Positions 50,281 to 60,684 of a stretch of 64,000 bases of DNA are shown piece after piece (the first letter of the stretch is position 1; every line of letters begins with the position of its first letter). The stretch is from Thermodesulfobacteriota bacterium. GTDB taxonomy: Bacteria; Desulfobacterota_D; UBA1144; Nemesobacterales; UBA2774. The notes under the pieces are model-generated. The model was given only the letters and a program-made list of their open reading frames with translations. It made no database searches and had not been told where the DNA came from. The stretch covers positions 1,184,001-1,248,000 of the forward strand of contig OZ244991.1 in the NCBI GenBank assembly GCA_965223335.1. The letters are read 5' to 3'. The translations under genes and the position numbers were made by a program.

Positions 50281-50419
50281 ATTCAATCGCCACTTTAAGA
50301 ATGTTTGTTAACTCCTAACCGACATTTTATTTTTATTCTCCGAAAATTTTTTTTGCAATCTAATTATCCGAAGTTATTATATTTTCTAGGAGGGTTGCGA
50401 AAGTGGGGAAAAAATCCCC

Positions 50420-50473
50420 TTGACAACCACAACATATTGTGTTTCAATCGATGCATAGCACAAGATATCTTAA
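50420..50473 (+). promoter_or_regulatory. nrdJ promoter with tandem NrdR boxes
   Basis: TTGACA at 50420; CCACAACATATTGTGT (50427-50442) and weaker GCACAAGATATCTTAA (50458-50473), offset by 31 bp. Confidence 0.75.
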
Positions 50474-50502
50474 CTTAGAGTTAATACGATGGAGGATCTT
50501 AC

Positions 50503-52989
50503 ATGGCATCAGAGAAAGCTGGACCTACTAAAGCCAACGGAAATGGAAACGGGAAAGGGTTTGCAGAGGAAAAGAACTATCCGAACCAGGCAGAGTACAG
50601 CGTAGAAGAGTCCAGCCAGCCTAAAGAGACCCCTAGTTTTAAAGAAGGAGTAATGGATATCCCGGAAGAGACCATAGAGGCTTTCGGGAGCGATGAGCTC
50701 AGAGCCAGGGTTTTTTACGAAAAGTACGCGCTTAGGGATAAAAACGGCAAAATTGTAGAAACACGCCCCGAGCATATGTGGAAAAGGGTGGCTCATGAGA
50801 TGGCCTCGCCCGAAAAGACCAAAGCACAGCGCCAAGAGTGGCAGGAAAACTTCGAGTGGCTCCTTTCGGACTTTAAATTTATCCCCGGCGGTAGAATCCT
50901 TTTCGGCGCTGGGCAAAATAGAAGGGCCACGCTTCTAAACTGCTATTACATGCCTATAAAAGAGGACTCCATTGAGGGAATATTTGAATGGTGCAAAGAG
51001 GCGGCCAGGACATACTCGTTCGGCGGTGGAGTAGGCACCGATATTTCGCTTCTAAGACCTAAGGGCGCACCGGTAAATAACTCTGCCATTTACTCAACCG
51101 GTGCGGTGTCGTTTATGGACCTGCTCTCTACTACAACAGGAACCATAGGTCAGGCAGGCAGAAGGGGGGCGCTTATGATCACCATTGACGTTAGCCACCC
51201 CGATATTCTCGAATTTATAGATATTAAAAACGATGAGGCCCGTTCCAAGGTTCAATTTGCCAACATCTCGGTGAAGGTGTCGGATGAATTTATGAAGGCA
51301 GTTGAAGACGATACGGATTTTGAACTCAGGTTTAAAAACGAGAAGGTTGATGTAAGCAAGAAAATCAGGGCTAGGGTGCTCTGGGAAAAACTCGTTAAAT
51401 CCGCATGGTCTTCAGCCGAGCCGGGTGTGATATTCTGGGATTCAGTTAAAAAGTATTCACCCACAGAGTATAACGGCATGGGAGTAAACGGTGTTAACCC
51501 CTGCAGTGAGCAGGCGCTTGAGGACTATGGAAACTGTTGTTTAGGCAATATTAATCTATCTCCCTTTGTAATGGACGAGTTTACGGATAATGCGTCTTTG
51601 GACTGGGAGAATCTAGAGAAGGCTTTTTCATACGCAGTGCGCTTTCTCGACAACGTGCTTGACTACAACATGAAAAAACACCCGCTTGAGTATCAGACCA
51701 GTGCATCTACTACATCGAGGCGCATTGGTGTCGGGTTTACCGGATTCGGCGATATGCTGGCCAAATTAAATATAAAATACGATAGTGATGAAGCTGTCGA
51801 GTTTGCCGATAAGATGTTTGAGCATATTAAAAACACGGTTTATGAAGCAAGCTCTGACCTAGCGGCAGAGAAGGGAACTTTCCCTGCTTTTGATCTGGAC
51901 ACCCACCTTTCCCGCCCGTTTTTAGATACTATCGACAAGAGGGTTCATTCAAAGATAAAAGAGAACGGGCTTAGAAACGCTTGCATTCTTACCGTGCCAC
52001 CTGTAGGCAGCGGCTCAGTACTGGCCGGGACCACAAGCGGTGTCGAGCCTGCGTTTGCTCTCTCTTACTATAGGAGATCCAAGTCTCTGTCCAAAGAGGA
52101 GTTTAAGGTCTATCATCCGCTTGTAGAAGATTACATGAGCAATTTTAACCTTGAGGACGAATCCGAACTACCTGAGTATTTTGTTACATCGCACGAGATA
52201 AGCCCGGATATGAGAGTGCGCATGCAAGCGGCTATTCAGAAGCATATCGATTCGTGCATATCGAGCACTGTAAACCTGCCGCACGACATCTCTCTGGACG
52301 AGGTAGAAAAAATATATTTTCTGGCATGGAAACTCGGATGCAAGGGTATAACCGTATACCGCGAGGGTTCGAGAGAAGGAATATTAGTTACAGAAGAAGA
52401 GGTAAAATCAAACACTGAAGACGAAGAAAAGCTTCCGACCCAGACCCAGGACGAAGGGATGAAACAAACCCATCACCCCAACCCCATCTCATCCCTTCGT
52501 TCCTCCCAAATCCCCGAGATCAAGCCTATTAAGAGGCCTTCGGTACTCGAGGGGTTTACAGAGGTCATAAAGACAGGGTACGGAAATCTATATGTGACAA
52601 TTAACACCTACGAGGGCCGTCCGTTTGAGGTTTTTGTACAGATTGGGAAGTCGGGTTACAGCACAATGGCGGATGCCGAGGCCACGGGGAGGCTGGTATC
52701 GCTTGCGCTTAGGTCCGGGGTGAGTGTTAAAGACGTTGTGGAACAGCTAGAGGGAATCGGCGGGTCATCGCCGGTGTTCTCGGAGGGTAAGTTAGTGATG
52801 TCTATCCCCGACGCAATTGCAACAGTACTCAAAAAGCGCTTTGTGGCCAATGATCCAAGTGAAGAGTCGGCGGGCAAAGTCGCTTTGGACCTAAACCTGG
52901 AAAGGTGCCCTGACTGCGGTGACCGTGCATTGGCATTCGAGCAGGGATGCATGACCTGTAGAAGCTGTGGTTACTCCAAGTGTGATTAG
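50503..52989 (+). CDS. nrdJ: Class II adenosylcobalamin-dependent ribonucleotide reductase
   Basis: PGGRIL, NCY, GGGVG, RRGA, NPCSEQ, VYREGSR; TSCPD-like domain and C-terminal zinc ribbon. Confidence 0.93.
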   Translation: MASEKAGPTKANGNGNGKGFAEEKNYPNQAEYSVEESSQPKETPSFKEGVMDIPEETIEAFGSDELRARVFYEKYALRDKNGKIVETRPEHMWKRVAHEMASPEKTKAQRQEWQENFEWLLSDFKFIPGGRILFGAGQNRRATLLNCYYMPIKEDSIEGIFEWCKEAARTYSFGGGVGTDISLLRPKGAPVNNSAIYSTGAVSFMDLLSTTTGTIGQAGRRGALMITIDVSHPDILEFIDIKNDEARSKVQFANISVKVSDEFMKAVEDDTDFELRFKNEKVDVSKKIRARVLWEKLVKSAWSSAEPGVIFWDSVKKYSPTEYNGMGVNGVNPCSEQALEDYGNCCLGNINLSPFVMDEFTDNASLDWENLEKAFSYAVRFLDNVLDYNMKKHPLEYQTSASTTSRRIGVGFTGFGDMLAKLNIKYDSDEAVEFADKMFEHIKNTVYEASSDLAAEKGTFPAFDLDTHLSRPFLDTIDKRVHSKIKENGLRNACILTVPPVGSGSVLAGTTSGVEPAFALSYYRRSKSLSKEEFKVYHPLVEDYMSNFNLEDESELPEYFVTSHEISPDMRVRMQAAIQKHIDSCISSTVNLPHDISLDEVEKIYFLAWKLGCKGITVYREGSREGILVTEEEVKSNTEDEEKLPTQTQDEGMKQTHHPNPISSLRSSQIPEIKPIKRPSVLEGFTEVIKTGYGNLYVTINTYEGRPFEVFVQIGKSGYSTMADAEATGRLVSLALRSGVSVKDVVEQLEGIGGSSPVFSEGKLVMSIPDAIATVLKKRFVANDPSEESAGKVALDLNLERCPDCGDRALAFEQGCMTCRSCGYSKCD

Positions 52990-53077
52990 CGCTAGGTCTA
53001 CATACACCTTAATCTTAAATTACAATCGTATACTGATGACAACACATTCTAAGTACCGGGTGAGGTGCGCTTAGGCT

Positions 53078-53395
53078 ATGTCTGATAGTAAAGGGACAGT
53101 ACTCTCGGGTGTGTTTTGGATGTTCCTCATATCTATACTGCTGTTTTGGCTGCCTGGGCTGGGGCCCTTAATTGCCGGGATAGTAGGGGGCAAGAAATCG
53201 GGCGGCATACTAAACGCTCTTATAGCGGTTTTCTTACCAGCTTTAGTAATGGGGGTTTTGCTTTTTGCTTTCGGTACAGCCCTAACCGGGGCGCCGCTGA
53301 TCGGGGTGATAGCCGCAAGCGGTATATTTGTGCTGATAGTCTCTAATGTGGGACCGCTATTGCTGGGCGCAATAGTGGGTGGGATTATCGCATAA
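53078..53395 (+). CDS. Small hydrophobic membrane protein
   Basis: Gly-rich TM helices, repeated GPL..G. Confidence 0.7.
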   Translation: MSDSKGTVLSGVFWMFLISILLFWLPGLGPLIAGIVGGKKSGGILNALIAVFLPALVMGVLLFAFGTALTGAPLIGVIAASGIFVLIVSNVGPLLLGAIVGGIIA

Positions 53396-53452
53396 AAACG
53401 CTCTGAGCGTAGTGGGGTCAGATCTGGGGGGTGTAGCTCTTACAGCCGCAAT

Positions 53453-54643
53453 CTATCTAAGAAAACTCTCTAAATGATCCTTAATATCCGAGTTGGCTAG
53501 CTTTCCTAGTGCAGCTTTTTCTATCTGGCGAATGCGCTCACGGGTCAGGTTAAACCTCTTGCCTATCTCATCCAGAGTATAGGTGCTTCTCTGATCTATT
53601 CCAAAGCGTAGCCTCAGTATCTCTTCTTCTCTAGGGTTTAGCATTGTAAGGGCGTTGCGCAGTTTATCGGTAAGGTCGGATTTGGCAACGAGAGTGTCTG
53701 GGATTACGGTTTCGCTATCTGCGATGGAATCGAGCAGTGTGGTTTTCTCACCGTCTAGGATCGGGGTGTCTAGGCTGATTGCGTCTTTAGTGGATCTGAG
53801 TATCCGTTTTACTACCTCTACGGATATCCCTGACTTACGCGCGATCTCTTTGGGTGTGGGTTTACGGCCGAGCTGTTTCGCAAGCAGTGAGTTTACCTTG
53901 TAGACCCTGTTTGCCTGCTCGAGCAGATAAACAGGGACCTTGATGGTTCTAGTCTGGCCCTGTAGAGCTCTTAGAATCGCCTGGTGAATCCACCACGATG
54001 CATATGTAGAGAATTTAAATCCCTTACGGTGATCGAACCTCTCCACAGCCCTCATAAGGCCCATATTGCCCTCTTGTATGAGGTCTGAGAGTGGGAGGCC
54101 CCTGCCCATGTATTTGCGTGATATGGTAATCACGAGGCGGAGGTTGGCTTTAACGAACCTTTGCTTCATGCGTTTTGCGTTCTCAGAGTAGGCCTTAATA
54201 AAAGCGTTTAGGCTTTTAACTCGTTTGTCTATATCGTTTTTTTGTTGACTTAGTTTTTTGCTCTTGCGGGATTTACCGTTAGTTTTGCGTATTGAAGTCT
54301 CTACGTCCTTTATCTTAAGTACGTGGGAGTATAGTTCACGGGATTTTGCTTCGCACTTTTTAATCTTTGCCGAGATCTCTATCTCTTCCCGTGCTGTGAA
54401 TAGTGGTTCTACAGACATGTCCTTGAAATACACATAGAGAAGTCTTAGTTGTTCGTCGGGTGTTTCATCGGTTTTGGATTTTTGCTTGATTCGTCTTGAG
54501 CTAAAGCCGTTTTCGTTCTCTTCTTCCTGAATATAGTTGTCTTTATACGATATGGAGATGTTGTCGTCATCGCCCACATAGCCTTCAAACTCGTTTACTG
54601 CTACAGTGTCATCGAACTCTTTGTATTTTGTCTCCATGCTCAC
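53453..54643 (-). CDS. sigma70-family (RpoD/RpoS-like, group 2) sigma factor
   Basis: ANLRLV, DLIQEGNMGLMRAVERFD, FSTYASWWI, TRERIRQIE; no obvious region 1.1. Confidence 0.92.
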   Translation of the reverse strand: MSMETKYKEFDDTVAVNEFEGYVGDDDNISISYKDNYIQEEENENGFSSRRIKQKSKTDETPDEQLRLLYVYFKDMSVEPLFTAREEIEISAKIKKCEAKSRELYSHVLKIKDVETSIRKTNGKSRKSKKLSQQKNDIDKRVKSLNAFIKAYSENAKRMKQRFVKANLRLVITISRKYMGRGLPLSDLIQEGNMGLMRAVERFDHRKGFKFSTYASWWIHQAILRALQGQTRTIKVPVYLLEQANRVYKVNSLLAKQLGRKPTPKEIARKSGISVEVVKRILRSTKDAISLDTPILDGEKTTLLDSIADSETVIPDTLVAKSDLTDKLRNALTMLNPREEEILRLRFGIDQRSTYTLDEIGKRFNLTRERIRQIEKAALGKLANSDIKDHLESFLR

Positions 54644-54897
54644 TTCCTTTTTTATTTTTCAAATTATTTGATAATAATGGAGAATTTACAGGTACTTATT
54701 ACATGGTGTACCGTGTAGGGAAAAGTTGTGGAGGGGTAATTATACTACCTCCCAAACAGTAAATTTGATTCCAACTATCCGAACACCACTTTCATCCGAA
54801 TGTAGTGTCGGGCCACCTGCTAATCTAAAACCACTATTAGTTCTGTTGATCCTTCCGGTTACCGCCAATTCTATCAAAAAACTGGAGTAATTTCAAC

Positions 54898-55506
54898 CTA
54901 TTTTGCATCGTTATAGCTCTCGGCAACTTTGTTCCAGTTTACTACGTTCCACCACGCTGTTATGTAGTCGGGCCTGCGGTTTTGATAATTGAGATAATAT
55001 GCATGTTCCCATACATCGAGCCCCAATACAGGTACCAATCCCTCGGATACCGGGTTGTCCTGGTTGGGGGTGGACGTAACCACCAATTGTCCCCCTGAGT
55101 CTAGTGCAAGCCAGGCCCAACCGCTGCCGAACCTGGTGGCGCCGGCCTTTGCAAATTGCTCTTTAAAACCATCGAAACTGCCGAATGCAGAGTCGATGGC
55201 TTGGGCCAGCTCCCCGCTTGGGGATGTGGACTCGGGTGTCATGCATTCCCAAAACAGGCTGTGGTTAGCATGGCCACCACCGTTATTTCTGACTGCTGTG
55301 CGTATGTCTTCGGGAATAGCGTTTAAGTTGCTCAATAACTCGTTTAGGTCTTTGTCTTTTAGTTCAGGGTGTTTGTCGAGTGCTGCGTTTAGATTATTTA
55401 CATAGCCCTGATGGTGCTTGGTATGATGAATTTCCATGGTTCTCGCATCTATGTGCGGTTCTAAAGCATCGTAACCATAAGGAAGTGCGGGTAATTCGTA
55501 AGACAT
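54898..55506 (-). CDS. sodA: Superoxide dismutase, Mn-type signature
   Basis: [25 protein letters not shown]. Confidence 0.93.
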   Translation of the reverse strand: MSYELPALPYGYDALEPHIDARTMEIHHTKHHQGYVNNLNAALDKHPELKDKDLNELLSNLNAIPEDIRTAVRNNGGGHANHSLFWECMTPESTSPSGELAQAIDSAFGSFDGFKEQFAKAGATRFGSGWAWLALDSGGQLVVTSTPNQDNPVSEGLVPVLGLDVWEHAYYLNYQNRRPDYITAWWNVVNWNKVAESYNDAK

Positions 55507-55758
55507 TTCATCCCTCCTCGGATTTTATGTTACTTGACGGGAAACACTAATGTACTTATACAGCTTAATTAACTACAATAATTAACTGCAATTAGCCTGG
55601 GTGATAATGCAACTAAATAAAACTCAATTAGTTTAACCCTTATACCATGCGGTGTCAAAATTATTATGATAGATGTAAGTTTTGACAAAGATCGATACAA
55701 TTATTAGAATCCATACGAGTTTATTCGCGTGGTGAATTAAACAGGTGTACTAAAGTAT

Positions 55759-56505
55759 ATGCAGAATAACTATATTGTAGAGCTAAAAGACGTATACAAG
55801 TCGTTTGAGACCAAGCACGTGCATATGGGTCTTACACTCTCGATAGAAAAGGGCGAGAGTATTACGGTGCTGGGTGGTAGCGGATCGGGTAAGAGTGTGT
55901 TGCTGAAGGAGATCACGGGACTACTAAAACCCGATAGCGGGCAGGTGATAGTAGAGGGTGAGGACATAACACATATGAATGAGAGGGACCTCGTAGACGT
56001 TAGGAAGAAAATGGGCATGTTGTTTCAGGGTGCGGCACTGTTCGACTCGCTTAGCGTGGAGGAAAACATAGCGTATCCGCTTAGGGAAAACGCAAATTTC
56101 ACAGAGCAGGAGATGAGCGAGATAGTGGCCAAAAACCTTGAGCTCGTGGGATTGCCAGGGATAGAGGACAAGCTGCCGTCAGACCTAAGCGGTGGTATGA
56201 AAAAGAGAGTGGGGCTCGCGAGGGCCATGGCAATGAACCCGAAGATACTTCTTTACGACGAACCTACCACAGGGCTTGACCCGCCCAACATAAGCAGGAT
56301 AAACCAGCTTATCCAAGACATGCAGGACCAGTTCGGGATTACGGGTGTGATCATTACACACGATGTGCAGAGTGCGTTTGAGGTCTCGGACAGGATAGCA
56401 TTTTTGAGCGAGGGTAAGATCGTTTTTGTCGGTACGGTGGATGAGGCGAAGAACACGGATATAGAGGATTTGAGCAATTTTATACACGGTAAAATGGTCG
56501 ACTGA
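55759..56505 (+). CDS. mlaF: MlaF/Mkl-like ABC transporter ATP-binding protein
   Basis: GGSGSGKS, MLFQGAALFDS, LSGGMKKRVGLARA, YDEPT. Confidence 0.85.
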   Translation: MQNNYIVELKDVYKSFETKHVHMGLTLSIEKGESITVLGGSGSGKSVLLKEITGLLKPDSGQVIVEGEDITHMNERDLVDVRKKMGMLFQGAALFDSLSVEENIAYPLRENANFTEQEMSEIVAKNLELVGLPGIEDKLPSDLSGGMKKRVGLARAMAMNPKILLYDEPTTGLDPPNISRINQLIQDMQDQFGITGVIITHDVQSAFEVSDRIAFLSEGKIVFVGTVDEAKNTDIEDLSNFIHGKMVD

Positions 56506-56527
56506 TCATTTTGGGTAGTTGAGTTAA

Positions 56528-57007
56528 TTACCAGTACCTGTCTTCAATGTTTTCCACACCCTCAATCTTAGTAATTTTCCAGCCCCCAAGCGTGGATTTC
56601 TCGAGAGTAACCGTGATGTTGTCGGGGTCGCCATCCCTACCCATGAGGCTCTGTGTAACACCCGACTTTGTTGCAAAGGCCTCGATGTCTATATTGGCGA
56701 CTGCGACGGCTTTGCCGTCAGCCGATTCGCTTAGTGTTACGAAAATATTTTCATAACTGCCGCCCACTGTGTCGAATTTTTCAAATGCTTTTTTAATGAT
56801 GTTTTTTATCACAGGGTAAGACGCTCCGTTGTCGTCCTTGTAGTGCAGCGAGAACTTATCTGTAATGGCCTCGGGGTCTTTATTGGCTGCGGCTTCGATC
56901 ATCTCGTTAAAAAGTGCTTCGATCTGGGATGTATCATCACTCGATCTGAAGAACATATATCCTAGGAGTGCCAGAACAATCACAGCCCCTATTAAGTATT
57001 TGTTCAT
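56528..57007 (-). CDS. Membrane-anchored NTF2-like hypothetical protein
   Basis: N-terminal TM; YKDDNG; C-terminal GWKITKIE. Confidence 0.6.
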   Translation of the reverse strand: MNKYLIGAVIVLALLGYMFFRSSDDTSQIEALFNEMIEAAANKDPEAITDKFSLHYKDDNGASYPVIKNIIKKAFEKFDTVGGSYENIFVTLSESADGKAVAVANIDIEAFATKSGVTQSLMGRDGDPDNITVTLEKSTLGGWKITKIEGVENIEDRYW

Positions 57008-57016
57008 AAAAATATA

Positions 57017-59392
57017 TTACTCGGTAATCGGTTCTTTTCCATTCACATAGGTTTTTATAGTAGAGCCGCGGGGGTTAAAAGTGATGGTGACCGAACCGGT
57101 TCTAGAGGTCTCGTAAACGTCCATATCGAGAATGTCGGGATCACGATCTGGGGGAACATCTTTTGGGTCGTCAGTAGTTATGTTTGTGATAAAAGTTGAG
57201 GGTTTAAATAGGTGTATAATCCGGTCGAGTTGGCCGGGGCTCCCGGCATTGGGAACGTAGAGGTAATCGGTAGCGAGCTCTTTTTGATGATTAGCTAGAA
57301 GCTCGGTCTGAATCGACTGATTGTTTAGTGCTTCCCCGAGGATTATGGAACTCGTGCCGTAGTCGATTTTAAAAGCAATCGGTACGGGCGTTCTTGAGTC
57401 TTTTGTGGCCTGGGGGTTTTGAGGTCGGAGTATCTTAAACCCGATGCCTGGAATATGAAATTGTTCGTTTGCGTACTGGAGGTTCTTCCACCTGACCCCG
57501 TCGGTTTTTAGCTCCTGCCATAGGTTACCGGTTAGTTTATAGCCGTTAGTCCATATGTTTTTTGCATTTAGATTAGCTGCGAGCTCGGCTGCGGAGTTCA
57601 TCCTACCTTTGTTTGAAGTCGTAAGTATTAGGTAATCGAGAGTGCGGACGTTTTTGGTCCTCAAAAACGGCTCTATAACGGCGCGTTCTATGAAATCGCT
57701 TTTATCGGCGTATGCATAACCCCCCTCGATCAGGATGCTGGTGTTGTCGGGAAGCTTAAGCAGCACGGCGTGGTGGCTGGCTGGGGTATCTAGTATGCTG
57801 ATCTCGAGTTTATCGGTATGGCGTATTGATAGATTAGAGTAGGCGACGGAGACCACAAAACCTAGGAGTATTAATGCGGCTAGGTACTTGAGTTTTAAGT
57901 GGAATTTGATGACTAGTAAGCACGCGGCGAATAGTGCGTAGAGCAGCATGGACACATGGCTTAGGGGAGAGACTTTTAAAAAGGAGTAGGGGAAGTTATA
58001 GAACAGATTTACTATCTCTACGGTGGATAGGGTTATTAAGTAATTGATATAAGTTAGGGGCCAAGCGATGCTCTCGTTTATAGTGAAAAGTGCTAGCGAT
58101 AAAAGGCCCAGGGGAAGGAGCAGTAAATCCACAATCGGGGTTATCACAAGGTTTGAGGGAATGGATATGAGAGGGAGGTTGCCGAATTGGTTTATAACTA
58201 TGGGGAGAGTGGCGAGAGTTGCGCCGCATGTGGTTTTTACGGTTGTAATAATTTTATCTCTGAGTGTTTCTAGTTTGAACGGGTAGAGTCGGTGGATTAA
58301 TAAAATCCCTAAGACGGCAAGGAATGTGAGTTGAAACGAAAGACTATATAGGTTGGAGGCGTTCCAAACCAGGAGCAAAAACGCTGCGGCAGCCAGAGTG
58401 TTTAGTTTTTCTTCGTCCCTGCCTAAAAAAATTGCGACTAGGTAGAAGGTGACCATTATAAATGCTCTTGTGGCAGAGGCCGAGAACCCGGTTATGGCTG
58501 TGTAAATGAGTACGGGGAGTATAGTGATTAAGGCTGCGATAGGGGCTACTTTAATTCTAAGCAGTAGGTACTCGGAGCGCTTGAGAACCCACTTAATCAG
58601 GAAATAAAAGAGCAATGCCAGTGCCCCAACATGGAGACCCGAAATTGCGAGTAGGTGCGCAACACCGATGGCAGAGAATTTCTCGCGTACACTATGAGGC
58701 ACACCCCCCTTGTCGCCCACCGTTACAGCACTCAAAATAGCACTTTCGGGGGATTTGAAATTGTCGTGTAAAAACCCCGAGTAGTCTGCTTTTAGTTTGT
58801 CGAGTAGGTATCTGGGATAGTCTAGGTAACTCTGTACACCGAACGATAGTATATCCTCACTCCCTCGAATAAAACCCAGGTGTTGGATGTCCATGTGCTC
58901 GTAGTAAGACTTAAGGTCGAAGCTGCCGGGGTTTTTGTATGATTCAATTGAGTTAAGACGCAGATCAAGGACTAGGATGGTCTCGCCAAAATGTAGATTT
59001 TCCACCTGCTCCTTTGTATAGATAGCTATTTTGCCTGAGGTCTCTTGCGTGATACCCCTTTCTAAAACACCGCTTATATCCAAAAATAGTCTCGATCCGC
59101 TTATCCGGTTTTCAGGGGGGCGATATAGTGTGCCTACGACATTTAATTTTCCTGTCGTATCCAGGGCACTGTGACTGGATGAAGGGAGCGGTGGGGAGTA
59201 AATAATTAAGCCTAGAGGGATGAACAAAAGAACGCTTAGCCGAGGGAGCTTGAGTGCCAATAAGCCCAGGAGAGGGGAGAGTATAATAGCTGCTAGCCAT
59301 CTGTTGCCTATGTGTTCGCCAATTAATATTCCGGTGACTAGGCATAGCAGCGCAAATACAATCTTGTAGCGCTCAAATAGATAACTCATCAA
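57017..59392 (-). CDS. comEC: ComEC/Rec2 DNA uptake channel
   Basis: NPGSFD, HLLAISGLHV, SATRA, SFQLTF; degenerate C-terminal MBL domain. Confidence 0.9.
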   Translation of the reverse strand: MMSYLFERYKIVFALLCLVTGILIGEHIGNRWLAAIILSPLLGLLALKLPRLSVLLFIPLGLIIYSPPLPSSSHSALDTTGKLNVVGTLYRPPENRISGSRLFLDISGVLERGITQETSGKIAIYTKEQVENLHFGETILVLDLRLNSIESYKNPGSFDLKSYYEHMDIQHLGFIRGSEDILSFGVQSYLDYPRYLLDKLKADYSGFLHDNFKSPESAILSAVTVGDKGGVPHSVREKFSAIGVAHLLAISGLHVGALALLFYFLIKWVLKRSEYLLLRIKVAPIAALITILPVLIYTAITGFSASATRAFIMVTFYLVAIFLGRDEEKLNTLAAAAFLLLVWNASNLYSLSFQLTFLAVLGILLIHRLYPFKLETLRDKIITTVKTTCGATLATLPIVINQFGNLPLISIPSNLVITPIVDLLLLPLGLLSLALFTINESIAWPLTYINYLITLSTVEIVNLFYNFPYSFLKVSPLSHVSMLLYALFAACLLVIKFHLKLKYLAALILLGFVVSVAYSNLSIRHTDKLEISILDTPASHHAVLLKLPDNTSILIEGGYAYADKSDFIERAVIEPFLRTKNVRTLDYLILTTSNKGRMNSAAELAANLNAKNIWTNGYKLTGNLWQELKTDGVRWKNLQYANEQFHIPGIGFKILRPQNPQATKDSRTPVPIAFKIDYGTSSIILGEALNNQSIQTELLANHQKELATDYLYVPNAGSPGQLDRIIHLFKPSTFITNITTDDPKDVPPDRDPDILDMDVYETSRTGSVTITFNPRGSTIKTYVNGKEPITE

Positions 59393-59494
59393 ATATATAT
59401 TAAGTTAGTTTATCTATTCGAGGCAAGTGCAATGTGGTATATGGATCTATGGATTTACGGCTCGCTACATCTAATTAAGCGCTTTTAGTGGGTG

Positions 59495-59971
59495 TTAGGT
59501 TCTCTTTAGCAGTACTGCTGCTTTAGATGCAATGCCCTCACCTCTTCCTGTGAACCCCATGCCGTCGGTTGTTGTGGCTTTGATCCCTATCTGTTCCCCA
59601 GAGATCTGAATTATCGACGAGAGACTCTCTTTAAGTTGATCGACATGGGGCGAGATTTTTGGTGACTCGCAAATAATTACACAGTCAAGGTTTAGAACAC
59701 CGAAGCCTTTTTTGTGCATTATCAATAGCACTTTCTCTAATAGCACGAGACTCGATATCCCTTTATAAGCGGGGTCGGAATCGGGAAATTTAGTTCCTAT
59801 ATCGCCCTCGCCCAGTGCACCCAAGACTGCATCGCAGACCGCATGGGTAAGCACGTCTGCATCCGAGTGGCCGTCTAGTCCCCGTTCAAAAGGTATCTCT
59901 ACACCACCAAGAACCAAGCTCTTCCCCTCCACTAATCGATGTGCATCGAAACCAAAACCTATTCTATACAT
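59495..59971 (-). CDS. ispF: 2-C-methyl-D-erythritol 2,4-cyclodiphosphate synthase
   Basis: RIGFGFDAH, GHSDADV, KATTTDGMGFTGRGEG. Confidence 0.97.
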   Translation of the reverse strand: MYRIGFGFDAHRLVEGKSLVLGGVEIPFERGLDGHSDADVLTHAVCDAVLGALGEGDIGTKFPDSDPAYKGISSLVLLEKVLLIMHKKGFGVLNLDCVIICESPKISPHVDQLKESLSSIIQISGEQIGIKATTTDGMGFTGRGEGIASKAAVLLKRT

Positions 59972-59979
59972 AATCTCCT

Positions 59980-60684
59980 CTATCCCCTCTTGGTTGAATT
60001 TAGTATTAATCTAGCCATCTCCATATCGTCTTTGGTTGTGATTTTTATGTTAAAAGGTGAGCCCTCTATAATTTCAATATCTGCACCAATACGCTCTGCG
60101 AGTTGTGCCTCGTCGGTGCCCACAAAACCGTCGTCAGCCGCCCTTGCAAATGCCTCTCGGATGACATCGTATTTAAAGGCCTGGGGGGTCTGGGCATACC
60201 AAAGCCCCTCGCGTTCCACTGTGTGCTCGATTCTTGAATTCTCGGGAGGGGTTTGTTTAATCGTATCGCTGGCGGCAATTGCTGTGATAGCCCCGTCGTG
60301 CTTAACGGCTTGTTCGATCACGCTGTTTATCATCTCTGTACTCACAAACGGCCGTACACCGTCGTGTACCAATACAATATCGGGGGTTTCGCGTAGCGAT
60401 TTTATGCCTTTTGCCACCGAGTCCTGTCGGGTCTCGCCCCCTACCACCACACCCGAGACCTTTGATAGTTCTTCATTGCGTATGATTGTATGGGTGCTTT
60501 CTGTGCTGTCGCGGGGGACTGTGATCACAATCTCTTTTATATACTCACACTGGGAGAGTGTCTCCACGGAGTATAAAAAGAGCGGTTTAGCGCCGAGGTA
60601 CTCGAACTGCTTCTGTGTAGTCTTATCGAACCGGGTACCGGAGCCGGCAGCAGTGATTACGGCGCTTACGGTAATATTATCCAC
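59980..60684 (-). CDS. ispD: 2-C-methyl-D-erythritol 4-phosphate cytidylyltransferase
   Basis: AAGSGTR, GGETRQDSV, VHDGVRP, QTPQAF, KITT. Confidence 0.96.
   Translation of the reverse strand: MDNITVSAVITAAGSGTRFDKTTQKQFEYLGAKPLFLYSVETLSQCEYIKEIVITVPRDSTESTHTIIRNEELSKVSGVVVGGETRQDSVAKGIKSLRETPDIVLVHDGVRPFVSTEMINSVIEQAVKHDGAITAIAASDTIKQTPPENSRIEHTVEREGLWYAQTPQAFKYDVIREAFARAADDGFVGTDEAQLAERIGADIEIIEGSPFNIKITTKDDMEMARLILNSTKRG

Noticed and set aside
50503..52989. Intein or intron in nrdJ
   Set aside because: Length and motif spacing look normal; no splice-junction motifs seen
55600..55635. Fur/PerR box upstream of sodA
   Set aside because: Only a half-site (GATAATG) in AT-rich DNA
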